Assembly: GCA_947456185.1 (NCBI GenBank)
Contig: CANGPW010000003.1
Coordinates: 1 to 63,105 of the forward strand
DNA length: 63,105 nucleotides
Source: Bacteroidota bacterium
GTDB taxonomy: Bacteria > Bacteroidota > Bacteroidia > UKL13-3
Reading direction: 5' to 3'
The notes below the pieces were generated by a model, which made no database searches, had not been told where the DNA came from, and saw only the letters and a program-made list of their open reading frames with translations. Shown here in pieces: positions 19,652 through 29,960 of the stretch; position 1 is the stretch's first letter; the number at the start of each line of letters is the position of its first letter. A program made the position numbers and the translations under genes.

Positions 19652-19820
19652 TGTTTTTATTCTTTATTTCCCCATGCTTTGCAATGGGTTTAAGTTAATA
19701 TTTATATATAGAATTTAAGCTTTCAATATTAATTAAATAATTGCAAATAATTGTTTGAATATTTTAGTATTATTTAAATTTTATTTAGAAAAATACAAAA
19801 AAAAATCATAGCATTGTTAA

Positions 19821-20723
19821 ATGAATCAAGCAAATACAATCTTGTTCTTGGTAAATCCTTTTGCAGGAAAAGGAAATGCTTTAACTACTGCTCAAAAATC
19901 CATTGTAATATTAAATCAAAACGGGTTTAATACTCAGCTTTTGGTAAGTAAAACAAAAGGTGATTTAGCAAGTTTTGTAAATCATTATCATATAAATGAT
20001 ATTAGTAAGATAGCTGTATTAGGTGGCGATGGAACCATGCATGAAGTAATTAATGCCATGATGCAAGTGCCAACATGGTTAGTAGTTCCAATCATGCTTT
20101 TTCCTTGTGGAACTGGCAATGCGTTTAACTACGATTTAGATTGCTTAACAAGCAAAAAAGCCACTCAATTATTATTAACAGGAACCAATAAACTAATAGA
20201 TATTGCAGAAGTAAAAACTAATGGAACCAGTATTTGGTCGTTTAATATAGTGGGTTGTGGCTTGGTGGCTCATATTAATGTATTGGCTGAAAAATTAAGA
20301 TGGCTTGGTGCAGCAAGATATACCATAGCATCGCTCATAAAAATTATAGTAAACCCAACTATTAAAGCAAAAATTACTTATAATAATGAAGTGCATCATC
20401 ATGATTATTGTTTCCTATTTGCATGCAATACTCGTTACACAGGTAAAGCGATGAAAATGGCTCCTTTGGCAAAATTAAACGATGGATTGATTGATTTTTT
20501 AATAGTTGAAAAAGCCTCTAGACTCCAATTATTAATGCTTTTTCCAAAAGTATTTAGTGGCAAACATTTGAGCTCATCAATATTAAAATATATACAAACA
20601 AAACATATAAAAATAGAAACCGAAACGCCTCAATTAGTAAATATAGATGGTGAAATGAAAGGCAAAACCTCGCTTGAAATTATCATGCACCATCAAAAGT
20701 TAAGTGTGATTAGTGATTTTTGA
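19821..20723 (+). CDS. Diacylglycerol/lipid kinase family protein (DAGK, YegS-like)
   Basis: NPFAGKG, LGGDGTMHE, PCGTGNAF and NIDGE motifs. Confidence 0.9.
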   Translation: MNQANTILFLVNPFAGKGNALTTAQKSIVILNQNGFNTQLLVSKTKGDLASFVNHYHINDISKIAVLGGDGTMHEVINAMMQVPTWLVVPIMLFPCGTGNAFNYDLDCLTSKKATQLLLTGTNKLIDIAEVKTNGTSIWSFNIVGCGLVAHINVLAEKLRWLGAARYTIASLIKIIVNPTIKAKITYNNEVHHHDYCFLFACNTRYTGKAMKMAPLAKLNDGLIDFLIVEKASRLQLLMLFPKVFSGKHLSSSILKYIQTKHIKIETETPQLVNIDGEMKGKTSLEIIMHHQKLSVISDF

Positions 20724-20855
20724 ATAAATCAATATTAAATAATTAAAATTTCAAAATTATTTCTATTTTTAAAAGTATATTATTCATCATTTTTAGCAAA
20801 AATTATTGTAGTTTGCAATCATGCTTGGAGTAGCTTTACTTTGTAGCAAATAATT

Positions 20856-22409
20856 ATGGCAAAAGATAAACCAAGCATTCCAAAAGGTACCCGCGATTTT
20901 GGCCCAGAAGAAGTAGCCAAACGAAAATATATTTTAAATACCATTGAAAAAGTTTTTATAAAATATGGCTTTATGCCAATAGAAACGCCTACTATGGAAA
21001 ACCTGATTACCCTTACTGGAAAATATGGTGATGAAGGTGATAAGCTGCTTTTTAAAGTACTGAATAGTGGAGATGCGTTTAAAGATTTTACACTTGAAGA
21101 TATTGAATTAATTTTATCCCAAGCGAAGGAAAATGAAAAGAATATTTTAAAAAAAGAAATTCAAGAAAAAGCAAAATCGCAACAACCACAAATAAGAAAT
21201 GAGTTGGTTCATCAACAATCTTCAAAAACTCTTGAAAATATTATAATTGAAACGAAATCAAGTCCTGAAAGAATTGCTGATGATGTAACTAAATTGATGC
21301 GAAAAGCATCCGAAAAAGGCCTTCGTTACGATTTAACCGTACCATTTGCGCGTTACGTGGTAATGAATAGAAATGAGATAACTTTTCCTTTCAAACGCTA
21401 TCAAATGCAACCTGTTTGGCGAGCTGACAGACCACAAAAAGGACGTTACCGCGAGTTTTGGCAATGCGATGCCGATGTTGTTGGAAGCGATAGTTTGTTA
21501 CACGAACTAGATTTGATAAACATTTATAACGAAGTGTTTAAGTGTTTGGGAATAGCTGTAGAAATAAAAATAAATAACAGAAAAATATTAGCAGGAATAG
21601 CAGAAGTTGTAAAAGGAATTGAACACCTTAATACCATTGCGGTAGCAATAGATAAACTTGATAAAATAGGCAAAGATGGAGTAAGTAAAGAGTTAACATC
21701 ACTTAATTTTACAGAAATAGAAATTGCTACTCTTTTTGATATCATTACCATTCAAGGAACCGAGGCAGAAATGCTAGCCACTTTAAATATAAAATTACAA
21801 AACTCAACCGAAGGTTTAATTGGAATTGATGAATTGAGTTTTATTTTTAAACAAATTAATGCTGTATCTAATCAACAAATAAATCTAAAAACCGACTTCT
21901 CTTTGGCACGAGGTTTATCGTATTACACGGGTTGTATTTTTGAGGTTGTAGCCACTGGGGGTTCGTTAAGAAGCAGTATTGGCGGTGGTGGAAGGTATGA
22001 CAACTTAACTGGAAATTTTGGATTAGATGGCGTTTCGGGTGTTGGAATCTCGTTTGGATTAGATAGAATATACGATGTAATTGATGAACTAAAATTGTTC
22101 CCTGAAACATTATCGCAAGGTAGCAGCAAAGTGTTAATTTGTGCCAATGATTCTATTGAAAATATTGAGCTTGCTTCAGTATTAAAAATATTGAGTAAAC
22201 TTAGAAATGAAGGCATTGCATCGGAAATTTATTCTGAAAAAATAAATGTAAAAAAACCTTTAGAAAAACCCATTAAATATGCAAGCAGCAAAAAAATTGC
22301 ATTTGCTCTAATTTATACCGAAAACGAAAGTTTAAAACTTAAAAACCTAACATCTGGATTTCAAGAGGAATTGACTATTGAAGAGATTATTGAAAGATTG
22401 AAAGATTAA
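20856..22409 (+). CDS. hisS: Histidine--tRNA ligase with a long internal insertion
   Basis: PKGTRDF, LRYDLTVP, RADRPQKGRYREFWQCD, LARGLSYYTG and GGGRYD motifs. Confidence 0.96.
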   Translation: MAKDKPSIPKGTRDFGPEEVAKRKYILNTIEKVFIKYGFMPIETPTMENLITLTGKYGDEGDKLLFKVLNSGDAFKDFTLEDIELILSQAKENEKNILKKEIQEKAKSQQPQIRNELVHQQSSKTLENIIIETKSSPERIADDVTKLMRKASEKGLRYDLTVPFARYVVMNRNEITFPFKRYQMQPVWRADRPQKGRYREFWQCDADVVGSDSLLHELDLINIYNEVFKCLGIAVEIKINNRKILAGIAEVVKGIEHLNTIAVAIDKLDKIGKDGVSKELTSLNFTEIEIATLFDIITIQGTEAEMLATLNIKLQNSTEGLIGIDELSFIFKQINAVSNQQINLKTDFSLARGLSYYTGCIFEVVATGGSLRSSIGGGGRYDNLTGNFGLDGVSGVGISFGLDRIYDVIDELKLFPETLSQGSSKVLICANDSIENIELASVLKILSKLRNEGIASEIYSEKINVKKPLEKPIKYASSKKIAFALIYTENESLKLKNLTSGFQEELTIEEIIERLKD

Positions 22410-22439
22410 AAGATTACAAGGTTGGAAGATTAGAAAATT
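22392..22439 (+). repeat. Octamer tandem array (RRAAGATT) overlapping the hisS stop
   Basis: GAAAGATT GAAAGATT AAAAGATT ACAAGGTT GGAAGATT AGAAAATT. Confidence 0.8.
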
Positions 22440-22493
22440 ACAATAAATTGGTCTTTAATCTTGTCGAAACGATTTCCTTATGAAGCTTTGCAA

Positions 22494-22525
22494 CAGAACT
22501 AAGAAACTAAGTACTAAAAACTATA
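22494..22525 (+). repeat. Heptamer array (AAGTACT/AAAAACT) just before hutH
   Basis: CAGAACT AAGAAACT AAGTACT AAAAACT; reverse-complement family of 33053-33097. Confidence 0.6.
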
Positions 22526-22529
22526 AAAC

Positions 22530-24020
22530 ATGTACGAAATAACTACCCAAATAAGCATTGAAGAAATTCAAGATATTATTGCTAATAACAAGCAAATTAA
22601 ATTAAGTGAAGATGCCAAAACTCGCATAGTAAATTGCAGAACTTATTTAGACGAAAAATTAGCCAATAACGATCAACCAATTTATGGTATCAATACAGGT
22701 TTTGGTTCTTTGCATAGCACCAAAATAAGTAACGATAATTTAGAACAATTGCAAGAAAATTTGTTACTAAGTCATGCTTGCGGAATAGGTGATTTAGTGC
22801 CACATGAAATTATAAAAATCATGTTATTACTAAAGGTTCAATCCTTGTCTTATGGCCATTCTGCTGCGCAATTAGATACAGTTGAAAGATTGATTTATTT
22901 TTTTAATAACAATATTTTACCGGTAGTTTTTGAATTAGGTTCTTTAGGTGCCAGTGGCGATTTAGCTCCATTAGCTCACTTAAGTTTACCGCTTATTGGC
23001 GAAGGAAATATTTATGTTAAAGAAAGTTCGAAGTTCGAAATTCGAAGTTCGAAGTTCATATTGGAAGAACATAAACTAAATCCTATAAAACTTAAATCGA
23101 AAGAGGGATTAGCATTAATAAATGGTACTCAATTTATGAGTGCTTATGGTGTATATTGTTTGATAAAAGCCAACCAACTTTTAAACAAAACCGACTTTAT
23201 TGCAAGCATTTCTATTGATGCTTTTGACTGTAGGTTAGAGCCTTTTCATCATTTATTACACGATGTTCGTCCGCATAAAGGACAAATAGCAACTGCTAAA
23301 AAAATATTGGAAAATTTAGCCGATTCCGAAATTGCAAAGCAACATAAATTGCAAGTTCAAGATCAATATGCGTTCAGGTGTATTCCGCAAGTGCACGGTG
23401 CAAGTAAAGATGCCATTGAACATATCAATAAAATATTTACTATCGAAATAAATGCTGTTACTGATAATCCAAATGTATTTGCTGAGGAAGATTTGATACT
23501 TTCGGGTGGGAATTTCCATGGACAAACATTGGCCATTCATTTAGATTTTTTAGCCATTGCTTTGGCTGAATTAGGCAGTATTTCTGAACGTAGAACTTAT
23601 CAATTAATTTCGGGACAAAGGAATTTACCCGCATTTTTGGTAAGTAATCCTGGTTTAAATTCTGGCTTTATGATTCCACAATACACTGCTGCAAGTATTG
23701 TGAGTCAAAACAAGCAATTATGTACGCCTGCTTCTGTTGATTCAATAGTGAGCAGTAACGGCCAAGAAGACCATGTAAGTATGGGTGCAAATGCTGCAAC
23801 AAAATGCTTAAGAGTAGTTAAAAATTTAGAGCGAATTGTGGCCATAGAATTACTAAACGCAAGTCAAGCTTTGGAGTTCAGACGTCCATTAAAAAGTGCT
23901 TCAAAAATTGAAACATATATAGCTGCCTACCGCAAATTAGTTCCATTTGTAACCAAAGATAGATTCCTACACGATGATATTGAAAACAGTGTGCTGTTTT
24001 TGAATAATACAGCTGTTTAA
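22530..24020 (+). CDS. hutH: Histidine ammonia-lyase
   Basis: YGINTGFG, GASGDL (MIO), KEGLALINGTQ, QDQYAFRC, GGNFHG and QEDHVSMG motifs. Confidence 0.97.
   Translation: MYEITTQISIEEIQDIIANNKQIKLSEDAKTRIVNCRTYLDEKLANNDQPIYGINTGFGSLHSTKISNDNLEQLQENLLLSHACGIGDLVPHEIIKIMLLLKVQSLSYGHSAAQLDTVERLIYFFNNNILPVVFELGSLGASGDLAPLAHLSLPLIGEGNIYVKESSKFEIRSSKFILEEHKLNPIKLKSKEGLALINGTQFMSAYGVYCLIKANQLLNKTDFIASISIDAFDCRLEPFHHLLHDVRPHKGQIATAKKILENLADSEIAKQHKLQVQDQYAFRCIPQVHGASKDAIEHINKIFTIEINAVTDNPNVFAEEDLILSGGNFHGQTLAIHLDFLAIALAELGSISERRTYQLISGQRNLPAFLVSNPGLNSGFMIPQYTAASIVSQNKQLCTPASVDSIVSSNGQEDHVSMGANAATKCLRVVKNLERIVAIELLNASQALEFRRPLKSASKIETYIAAYRKLVPFVTKDRFLHDDIENSVLFLNNTAV
23024..23058 (+). repeat. Intragenic heptamer tandem array in hutH
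   Basis: AAGTTCG AAGTTCG AAATTCG AAGTTCG AAGTTCA. Confidence 0.85.
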
Positions 24021-24032
24021 CATTGTATTTTA

Positions 24033-24065
24033 AACTTTGTCATAGTTTTAAACTTTGATAAAGTT
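24033..24065. repeat. 33-bp palindromic REP-like element
   Basis: AACTTTGTCATAGTT-TTA-AACTTTGATAAAGTT; second copy at 43463. Confidence 0.75.
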
Positions 24066-24071
24066 GATAAA

Positions 24072-24773
24072 CTAAAATTGATATATAAATCCTGCTTGGT
24101 TAGCGCCAATAATTGGAAAAAAACCTTTGTTATTCATTTTCCATTTGTATTGGTGTGTGGCATAAATTAACTTAGTAGCTGCCATTCCAATTCCCGCTCC
24201 AACCATTACATCGGAAAACCAATGACGGTTATTTAACATACGCATAGCACCTACAGTAATTGCAACGGTGTAACCTGCAATATAAACCAAAGGTTTGTCT
24301 TTAAATTCTTGATGTAAAACCTCCGCTAAAGTAAAAGTAAAGGAAGTGTGTCCGCTAGGAAATGAACTATTTGCAGAACCATCAGGACGTAATACTTGGG
24401 TATTGTATTTTAAAATATTTACCACTCCTAAAGTAAGTATTACACTTTTACCTGTTAGTGCCGCTTGATTGGCAAAATTACTGCTACTTTTTACATGAAA
24501 TAAATCGAGGCCAAGCATGTATAAAGCTGGAGCAAAAGCAATATAATCATCGGCTGAATTATTAAATGCAGCAAAGTTTTCATTTCTGAATTTTCTAACA
24601 GCCATGCTACTTGGTAATCCATTATCATTCAAACTCGATAAGCCATAAGCTAATAAAACAGCTGGGATTATATAACTTTTAAAATTGTATTGCTTATTGT
24701 AAAATGAAGAATCATTTTGTGCATTGGCTTTTAATACCAATAATGACAATAATACAAATAAAATATTTTTCAT
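24072..24773 (-). CDS. PAP2-family phosphatase
   Basis: K...RPD, SFPSGHT and R...RHWFSDV motifs. Confidence 0.9.
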   Translation of the reverse strand: MKNILFVLLSLLVLKANAQNDSSFYNKQYNFKSYIIPAVLLAYGLSSLNDNGLPSSMAVRKFRNENFAAFNNSADDYIAFAPALYMLGLDLFHVKSSSNFANQAALTGKSVILTLGVVNILKYNTQVLRPDGSANSSFPSGHTSFTFTLAEVLHQEFKDKPLVYIAGYTVAITVGAMRMLNNRHWFSDVMVGAGIGMAATKLIYATHQYKWKMNNKGFFPIIGANQAGFIYQF

Positions 24774-25474
24774 GAATGAAGTAAATTATTGATAACTGCT
24801 GAAGCATATACAGCTGCCGTTTCTGTTCTTAGAATGTTTTGTCCAAGTGAAATGGTTTTGAAATTTTGCTCTATAGCCAATTTAGCTTCCAAGTCAGTAA
24901 AGTCGCCTTCAGGTCCAATTAATAACAAAGTAGATTTTTTCAAATCAATGGATTCATTGATGGTTAAAGTATGTTCATTGCACCATGCCATTAAACAGTT
25001 CAAATCAGTGGTTTTTTGGTTCGAAACAAACTGCTTGAAAGAAATAATATTATTCAATTTTGGCAACCAATATTGCTTACTTTGTTTAATTGATTGAATT
25101 AAAATTTTCTCACAACGTTCCATATTAATTTTGTTTCGTTCAGCGTTTTCCGTTTCTATAAAAGAAATTTCAGTTACACCAATTTCAGTGCATTTTTCCA
25201 ACATCCAATCCATTTTATCAAAGTTTTTGGTGGGTGCTATTGCAATGTGCAAACCAATTGCTTTGGACGTAAAATGAAGCTTTTCAATAATTTCAAGTTT
25301 ACATTTTTTTTGATTGTCATCAATTATTTTACAATTAACTTTATTGCCCTTTCCATCAATTAATGTGATTTCATCGCCAACTTTTTTTCTTAAAACCCTT
25401 ACACAATGTTTCGATTCATCTTCAGGGAGTTCTACTCTATTGTTTTCAAGATTTTGATGGAAGAATAATTGCAT
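24770..25474 (-). CDS. rsmE: 16S rRNA m3U1498 methyltransferase RsmE
   Basis: HCVRVLR, EKCTEIG, IGPEGDF and LGQNILRTETA motifs. Confidence 0.95.
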   Translation of the reverse strand: MQLFFHQNLENNRVELPEDESKHCVRVLRKKVGDEITLIDGKGNKVNCKIIDDNQKKCKLEIIEKLHFTSKAIGLHIAIAPTKNFDKMDWMLEKCTEIGVTEISFIETENAERNKINMERCEKILIQSIKQSKQYWLPKLNNIISFKQFVSNQKTTDLNCLMAWCNEHTLTINESIDLKKSTLLLIGPEGDFTDLEAKLAIEQNFKTISLGQNILRTETAAVYASAVINNLLHS

Positions 25475-25488
25475 ATTTTATTCATAAA

Positions 25489-25512
25489 AAAAGACGTATA
25501 ACTACGTCTTTT
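25489..25512 (-). terminator. Intrinsic terminator after the bactofilin gene
   Basis: AAAAGACGTA-TAAC-TACGTCTTTT with a U-tract on the minus strand. Confidence 0.7.
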
Positions 25513-25542
25513 AAGTTTTTTTAATTGTTAGTTATATAATAT

Positions 25543-25965
25543 TTAAGCAATAACAGCTGCTTTTACATTTAATGGATTAGATTGTTTTTGAACAAAATCA
25601 GATGATTTACTCACTCCCATCTGACTATTTCCATTAAATTCTGCTCCTGATTCAATTACTAATTTTTGCGATTTAATATCACCAATAATTTTAGCAGTTG
25701 ATTTTACTGTCAATAAATCTTCAATAGAAATATTGCCATTCACTGTACCTTGCAAATCGCAATTTGCTGCTTTTACATTTCCATCAACTTTGCTGCTTGG
25801 ACCTAATACAAGTTTAGTTTTAACTGTTATAGAACCTTTTACAGTTCCGTCAATACGTAAATCACCTTCTGAATTTAAATCACCAACAATGCTAGTTCCA
25901 GCATTTATAATATTTATTTCTTGTGGGTTAAATTCCTGATCTTTATTGCTTTTAAATATTGCCAT
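25543..25965 (-). CDS. Bactofilin (polymer-forming cytoskeletal protein)
   Basis: Beta-helix repeats IxGDL...LRIDG.V.G...L.IESGAEFNG. Confidence 0.9.
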   Translation of the reverse strand: MAIFKSNKDQEFNPQEINIINAGTSIVGDLNSEGDLRIDGTVKGSITVKTKLVLGPSSKVDGNVKAANCDLQGTVNGNISIEDLLTVKSTAKIIGDIKSQKLVIESGAEFNGNSQMGVSKSSDFVQKQSNPLNVKAAVIA

Positions 25966-26195
25966 AGTTTAATTTATTTTAATTAATATTTATAACATTT
26001 GAATAACAAAAGTAAGTATTTTATTTTTGCAAACAAATTTTTTGAAATTATAATCTATTAAATTATAAAAAAATTGCTTTTGAATGGTTTTTAGTTACTG
26101 TAAATATTTAATAATAGGAAACAAATTATAATTTTTTAGTATTCTTTTGGGTTTAAATTTTTTACCTCAATTAATAATTGCACTTTTGCGGACTA

Positions 26196-26801
26196 ATGGA
26201 AATAAAAACTGCCGAATTTAAAATTGCTGCATCAAATGCAGCTGGCTGCCCAAAAGGCGCTTTACCCGAATTTGCTTTTATTGGAAGAAGTAATGTTGGT
26301 AAATCATCATTGATAAATATGTTGGTTGATAGAAAAGATTTAGCTCGTACTTCATCAACTCCAGGTAAAACAGTAAGTATTAATTTTTTTCTTATCAATA
26401 CCAAATGGCATTTAGTTGATTTGCCAGGATATGGATATGCAAAAAGAAGTAAAACTTTGCGTGTACAATGGGAAACAGTTTTAATTGAATATTTAAAAGA
26501 AAGAGAAAATTTACAATGTGTTTTTGTATTAATTGATTGCCGAGTTCCTCCTCAAAATAGCGATATTTCATTTATCAATATGTTAGGCGAAATGGGTGTT
26601 CCTTTTATTTTAGTTTTCACTAAATTAGATAAACTAAAAGCAATTGACTCAGCAAAAAATATTGAAAAATTCAAAGAAACTTTATTGCTTGATTGGGCAG
26701 CTTTGCCCCAATGTTTTGAAACTTCATCGGAGAAAGTAATTGGAAGAAAAGAATTACTTGATTTTATAAATAATGTAATGAATACTCCTAAAGAATTATA
26801 A
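26196..26801 (+). CDS. engB: Ribosome biogenesis GTPase YihA/EngB
   Basis: GRSNVGKSSLIN, TPGKT, DLPGYG and TKLDK motifs; start set at ATG 26196. Confidence 0.93.
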   Translation: MEIKTAEFKIAASNAAGCPKGALPEFAFIGRSNVGKSSLINMLVDRKDLARTSSTPGKTVSINFFLINTKWHLVDLPGYGYAKRSKTLRVQWETVLIEYLKERENLQCVFVLIDCRVPPQNSDISFINMLGEMGVPFILVFTKLDKLKAIDSAKNIEKFKETLLLDWAALPQCFETSSEKVIGRKELLDFINNVMNTPKEL

Positions 26802-26803
26802 AT

Positions 26804-27565
26804 TTGACTGCAGCAAAGCAATTTGGATTAATTGGAAATAATTTAAAAAACACTTTTTCAGTAGATTTTTTTACCAATAAATTCATTGAAAATAATTTAC
26901 CATTTTCATATCAAAATTTTGAACTTCAAAAGGTGGATGAAATTACTCAACTAATTGAATCTAATCAAGCATTAGTAGGTTTAAATATTACCGTTCCTTT
27001 TAAGGAAAGTATCATTCCTTTACTTCAAGAATTAGATATAACTGCAGCTGAAATTGGTGCTGTAAACTGCATAAAAATTACGAGGGAAAATAATCAGTGT
27101 TTTATAAAAGGTTATAATACCGATGCTGATGGTTTTATTCTATCTTTAACTGAATTTATACCGAAAGGGTTTTCAGGAAAAGCACTAATTTTGGGTACTG
27201 GTGGTTCCTCAAAAGCAGTTCAATTTGTATGTAAACAATTAGGAATTAAATTTACTTTGGTAACTAGTCAAAGCAATAAAGTTAACGCCAATACTATTCG
27301 TTATTACGACTTAAACGATGCTGTATTAGTGGCTCATAAATTAATTATTAATTGCACTCCAAATGGCATGTATCCCTATCCAAATGAGTTTCCTGAAATT
27401 CCCTATTTTGCTTTATCAAAAAAACATTATTGTTTTGACTTAATATATTTGCCTCATGAAACACAGTTTATGAAACAAGCAAAAGAACAAGGGGCAAAAG
27501 TTACAAATGGGCTAAAAATGTTGTATTGTCAAGCTGAAAAAGCCTTTGAGATATTTATTAATTAA
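26804..27565 (+). CDS. aroE: Shikimate dehydrogenase
   Basis: NITVPFKE, GAVNC, NTD, LGTGGSSKA and DLIY motifs. Confidence 0.9.
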   Translation: MTAAKQFGLIGNNLKNTFSVDFFTNKFIENNLPFSYQNFELQKVDEITQLIESNQALVGLNITVPFKESIIPLLQELDITAAEIGAVNCIKITRENNQCFIKGYNTDADGFILSLTEFIPKGFSGKALILGTGGSSKAVQFVCKQLGIKFTLVTSQSNKVNANTIRYYDLNDAVLVAHKLIINCTPNGMYPYPNEFPEIPYFALSKKHYCFDLIYLPHETQFMKQAKEQGAKVTNGLKMLYCQAEKAFEIFIN

Positions 27566-29846
27566 CAAAAAGTAGTTTACCAACTATCGATTTACTACCA
27601 TCTTTATTAGCGGCAAAAACCAAATACACACCGGTTGCTACTTTTGATCCACTAAAATTTCTACCGTTCCAAGTTGCAAAACCACCATTTGAGCTGGTTT
27701 CAGCAACTAAATTTCCAGCTATATCAGTAATTTTTACATTCACATTTTCTGCCAATCCTTTGATTGAAATATCACCTATAAAATTGGGTTTAATTGGGTT
27801 TGGATAAATTTCAATTTTATTGAAATCAACACCTGATTCAGTAGCGTTTCCCTTATAACTTACCATTCCTTTTAAAGTTCCAAAAAACACTTCTCCAGTG
27901 TTATTATCAATTCCAATACTCAATATATTATTGTCGAGAATTGAACTATTTTTAGATGTAAAGTTATGAATAACCGTATAACCATCGCTCGATACTAACC
28001 AAGCGCCATTATTGGTTCCAATCCATTTTCTATTTGCTCCATCAATGGTAATACAATTGATGTTTTCACCACCTAAAAAATTAGAATATACCAAACCTGT
28101 TTTTATCACTATTTGTCGTGAATCAAATGAGCCACTTTCTGTTCCGTTAAATACATTTTCAGGACTGCTAAAAATGCTTAAACCCGCACTAGTTCCAACC
28201 CACATTTCACCTCTTTTATCTTTAACCAAACAGTTAATTGTATTACTTGCTAAAGCACCATTTCCAATATCTTTAGTTAAAACTTTATATGCATCATCTG
28301 TTGAATTTGAAACATCTAAACCATGGTTATAAACTAAAACTCCACCATCTCTAACATTGGCTACCCATTTATGGTTTTCATCGTCAATGGCAATATTAGC
28401 AACATAGTTAAGTCCTCCAAATACATTACCAATAGAAAAACATTTAATTGTTCCATCGTTCATTAACACACATATTGGCTGCCCGCTAGAATGGTTGGTA
28501 AACCAAAGATTATTTTCATTGTCAAAAACTAATCCAGCTACTCTGCAACTATTGGTAAATGCTTCTTGTAAAACACTGTTATTTTTATTGTAAATGTATT
28601 CTATTTTGCCATTCAAATCCATTTTAATTAACCCATTTCCATAGGAAGCAGCATATATTTTTTCATTCACATTATCGTATGCTAAAGTCAAAATATCGTG
28701 AATAGAATCTGGTGTTAAAGCAGAATTTTGATCAATATTACTGGTATTTGTCCAATTATTATTTTCATATATATAAATGCCGTTTGGTTTAAATCCTTCG
28801 TTATAATATGGCGCATAACCGCCAGCAGCATAAAGTTTATTGTTTATATATTTAAAATCTGTAGTTATTTTATTAAAAGGGCCATTTGGAATTATATAAT
28901 CTGAACCATTATACTGACCACCAGGAAATACTTCAATTCCATAAAAATTATCGACAGTTGCAAGCCGATCATTAGGTAAAACAACAGCTGAGTTTTTATA
29001 TTTTTTACCAGATTTGAAAATAATTTTATCTGAGTTTATTGTACTTATATTTTTAATTGTAGTTATAACTAGTTTATTGTTACATATAATTAAATCAAAA
29101 ACATTTTCAAAGTCTACATCATTTATTTTTGTCCAATTATTTTTGTCATAAACATTTAAAAAACTATCAATTTCAGCATAAAGCAAATTATTAAAAGCTT
29201 CAATTTTATTACTTTTTGATGATGATTTAATTAAGCTCCAAAAGTTGAAATCACTTAAGTTTCCACTATTTAAATTTGCGCTATAAATTCCGTTATTGGT
29301 AGTTGCGTAAATATAATTATCTAAAATGGCAATGTCTAAAATTTCAATATTACTTCCGCCAACACCAATGTTTTGATATGAATCAATAATTTGTTTTTTA
29401 TTAATATCAATAACAACAATTCCAAAGCTACATGCTAAATATGCTTTTCCATTATAAAATGTAATGTCGTTGATTGCTTTTTTACCAATAATAGTTCGTT
29501 GTAATATTTGGGGTAAATTTGTAATTTCATTGTTTTGTAACAAATCAATATTCCCGTTTTCATAAACTATAAAAAGTAATTTATTGATTTGATTGCTACG
29601 CAATAATTTGATTTCTACATCACTTAATCCCGTAACTTTTGAAATTCTTTCCAAATCACCATTTTTCTCGTCATATGAAAACAAGGAACTAGGAGAACCA
29701 GCATAAACAGTATTACCTATTACTGCAATTGTTTTATTTTGCCAATAAGGCAAATGAACTCGCCAAGAACCAAGCCCACCTTCAGTTTGAGCAATCAATA
29801 AAAATGGAAAAAATATAAAAAGATAGGTTGTTATTTTTTTTATCAT
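27558..29846 (-). CDS. porZ: PorZ-like T9SS accessory protein (beta-propellers plus T9SS CTD)
   Basis: GSWRVHLPY start; repeated D..G.xWxGT propeller motifs; DGANRKWIGT; CTD IYPNPI...VATGVYLV. Confidence 0.75.
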   Translation of the reverse strand: MIKKITTYLFIFFPFLLIAQTEGGLGSWRVHLPYWQNKTIAVIGNTVYAGSPSSLFSYDEKNGDLERISKVTGLSDVEIKLLRSNQINKLLFIVYENGNIDLLQNNEITNLPQILQRTIIGKKAINDITFYNGKAYLACSFGIVVIDINKKQIIDSYQNIGVGGSNIEILDIAILDNYIYATTNNGIYSANLNSGNLSDFNFWSLIKSSSKSNKIEAFNNLLYAEIDSFLNVYDKNNWTKINDVDFENVFDLIICNNKLVITTIKNISTINSDKIIFKSGKKYKNSAVVLPNDRLATVDNFYGIEVFPGGQYNGSDYIIPNGPFNKITTDFKYINNKLYAAGGYAPYYNEGFKPNGIYIYENNNWTNTSNIDQNSALTPDSIHDILTLAYDNVNEKIYAASYGNGLIKMDLNGKIEYIYNKNNSVLQEAFTNSCRVAGLVFDNENNLWFTNHSSGQPICVLMNDGTIKCFSIGNVFGGLNYVANIAIDDENHKWVANVRDGGVLVYNHGLDVSNSTDDAYKVLTKDIGNGALASNTINCLVKDKRGEMWVGTSAGLSIFSSPENVFNGTESGSFDSRQIVIKTGLVYSNFLGGENINCITIDGANRKWIGTNNGAWLVSSDGYTVIHNFTSKNSSILDNNILSIGIDNNTGEVFFGTLKGMVSYKGNATESGVDFNKIEIYPNPIKPNFIGDISIKGLAENVNVKITDIAGNLVAETSSNGGFATWNGRNFSGSKVATGVYLVFAANKDGSKSIVGKLLFVN

Positions 29847-29960
29847 TATGCGTTTAATTAATACAAACTCTTTTACAAACGTAAATTTGAAATAATTATT
29901 TTACAATAATAAGAAATCAAATGGAAAGGCTCAATATTTTGTTTATTTTGCAACCGTTTT

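Noticed and set aside
21075-21308. Intein in HisS
   Set aside because: Too short, with no N-terminal Cys/Ser block and no His-Asn terminus.
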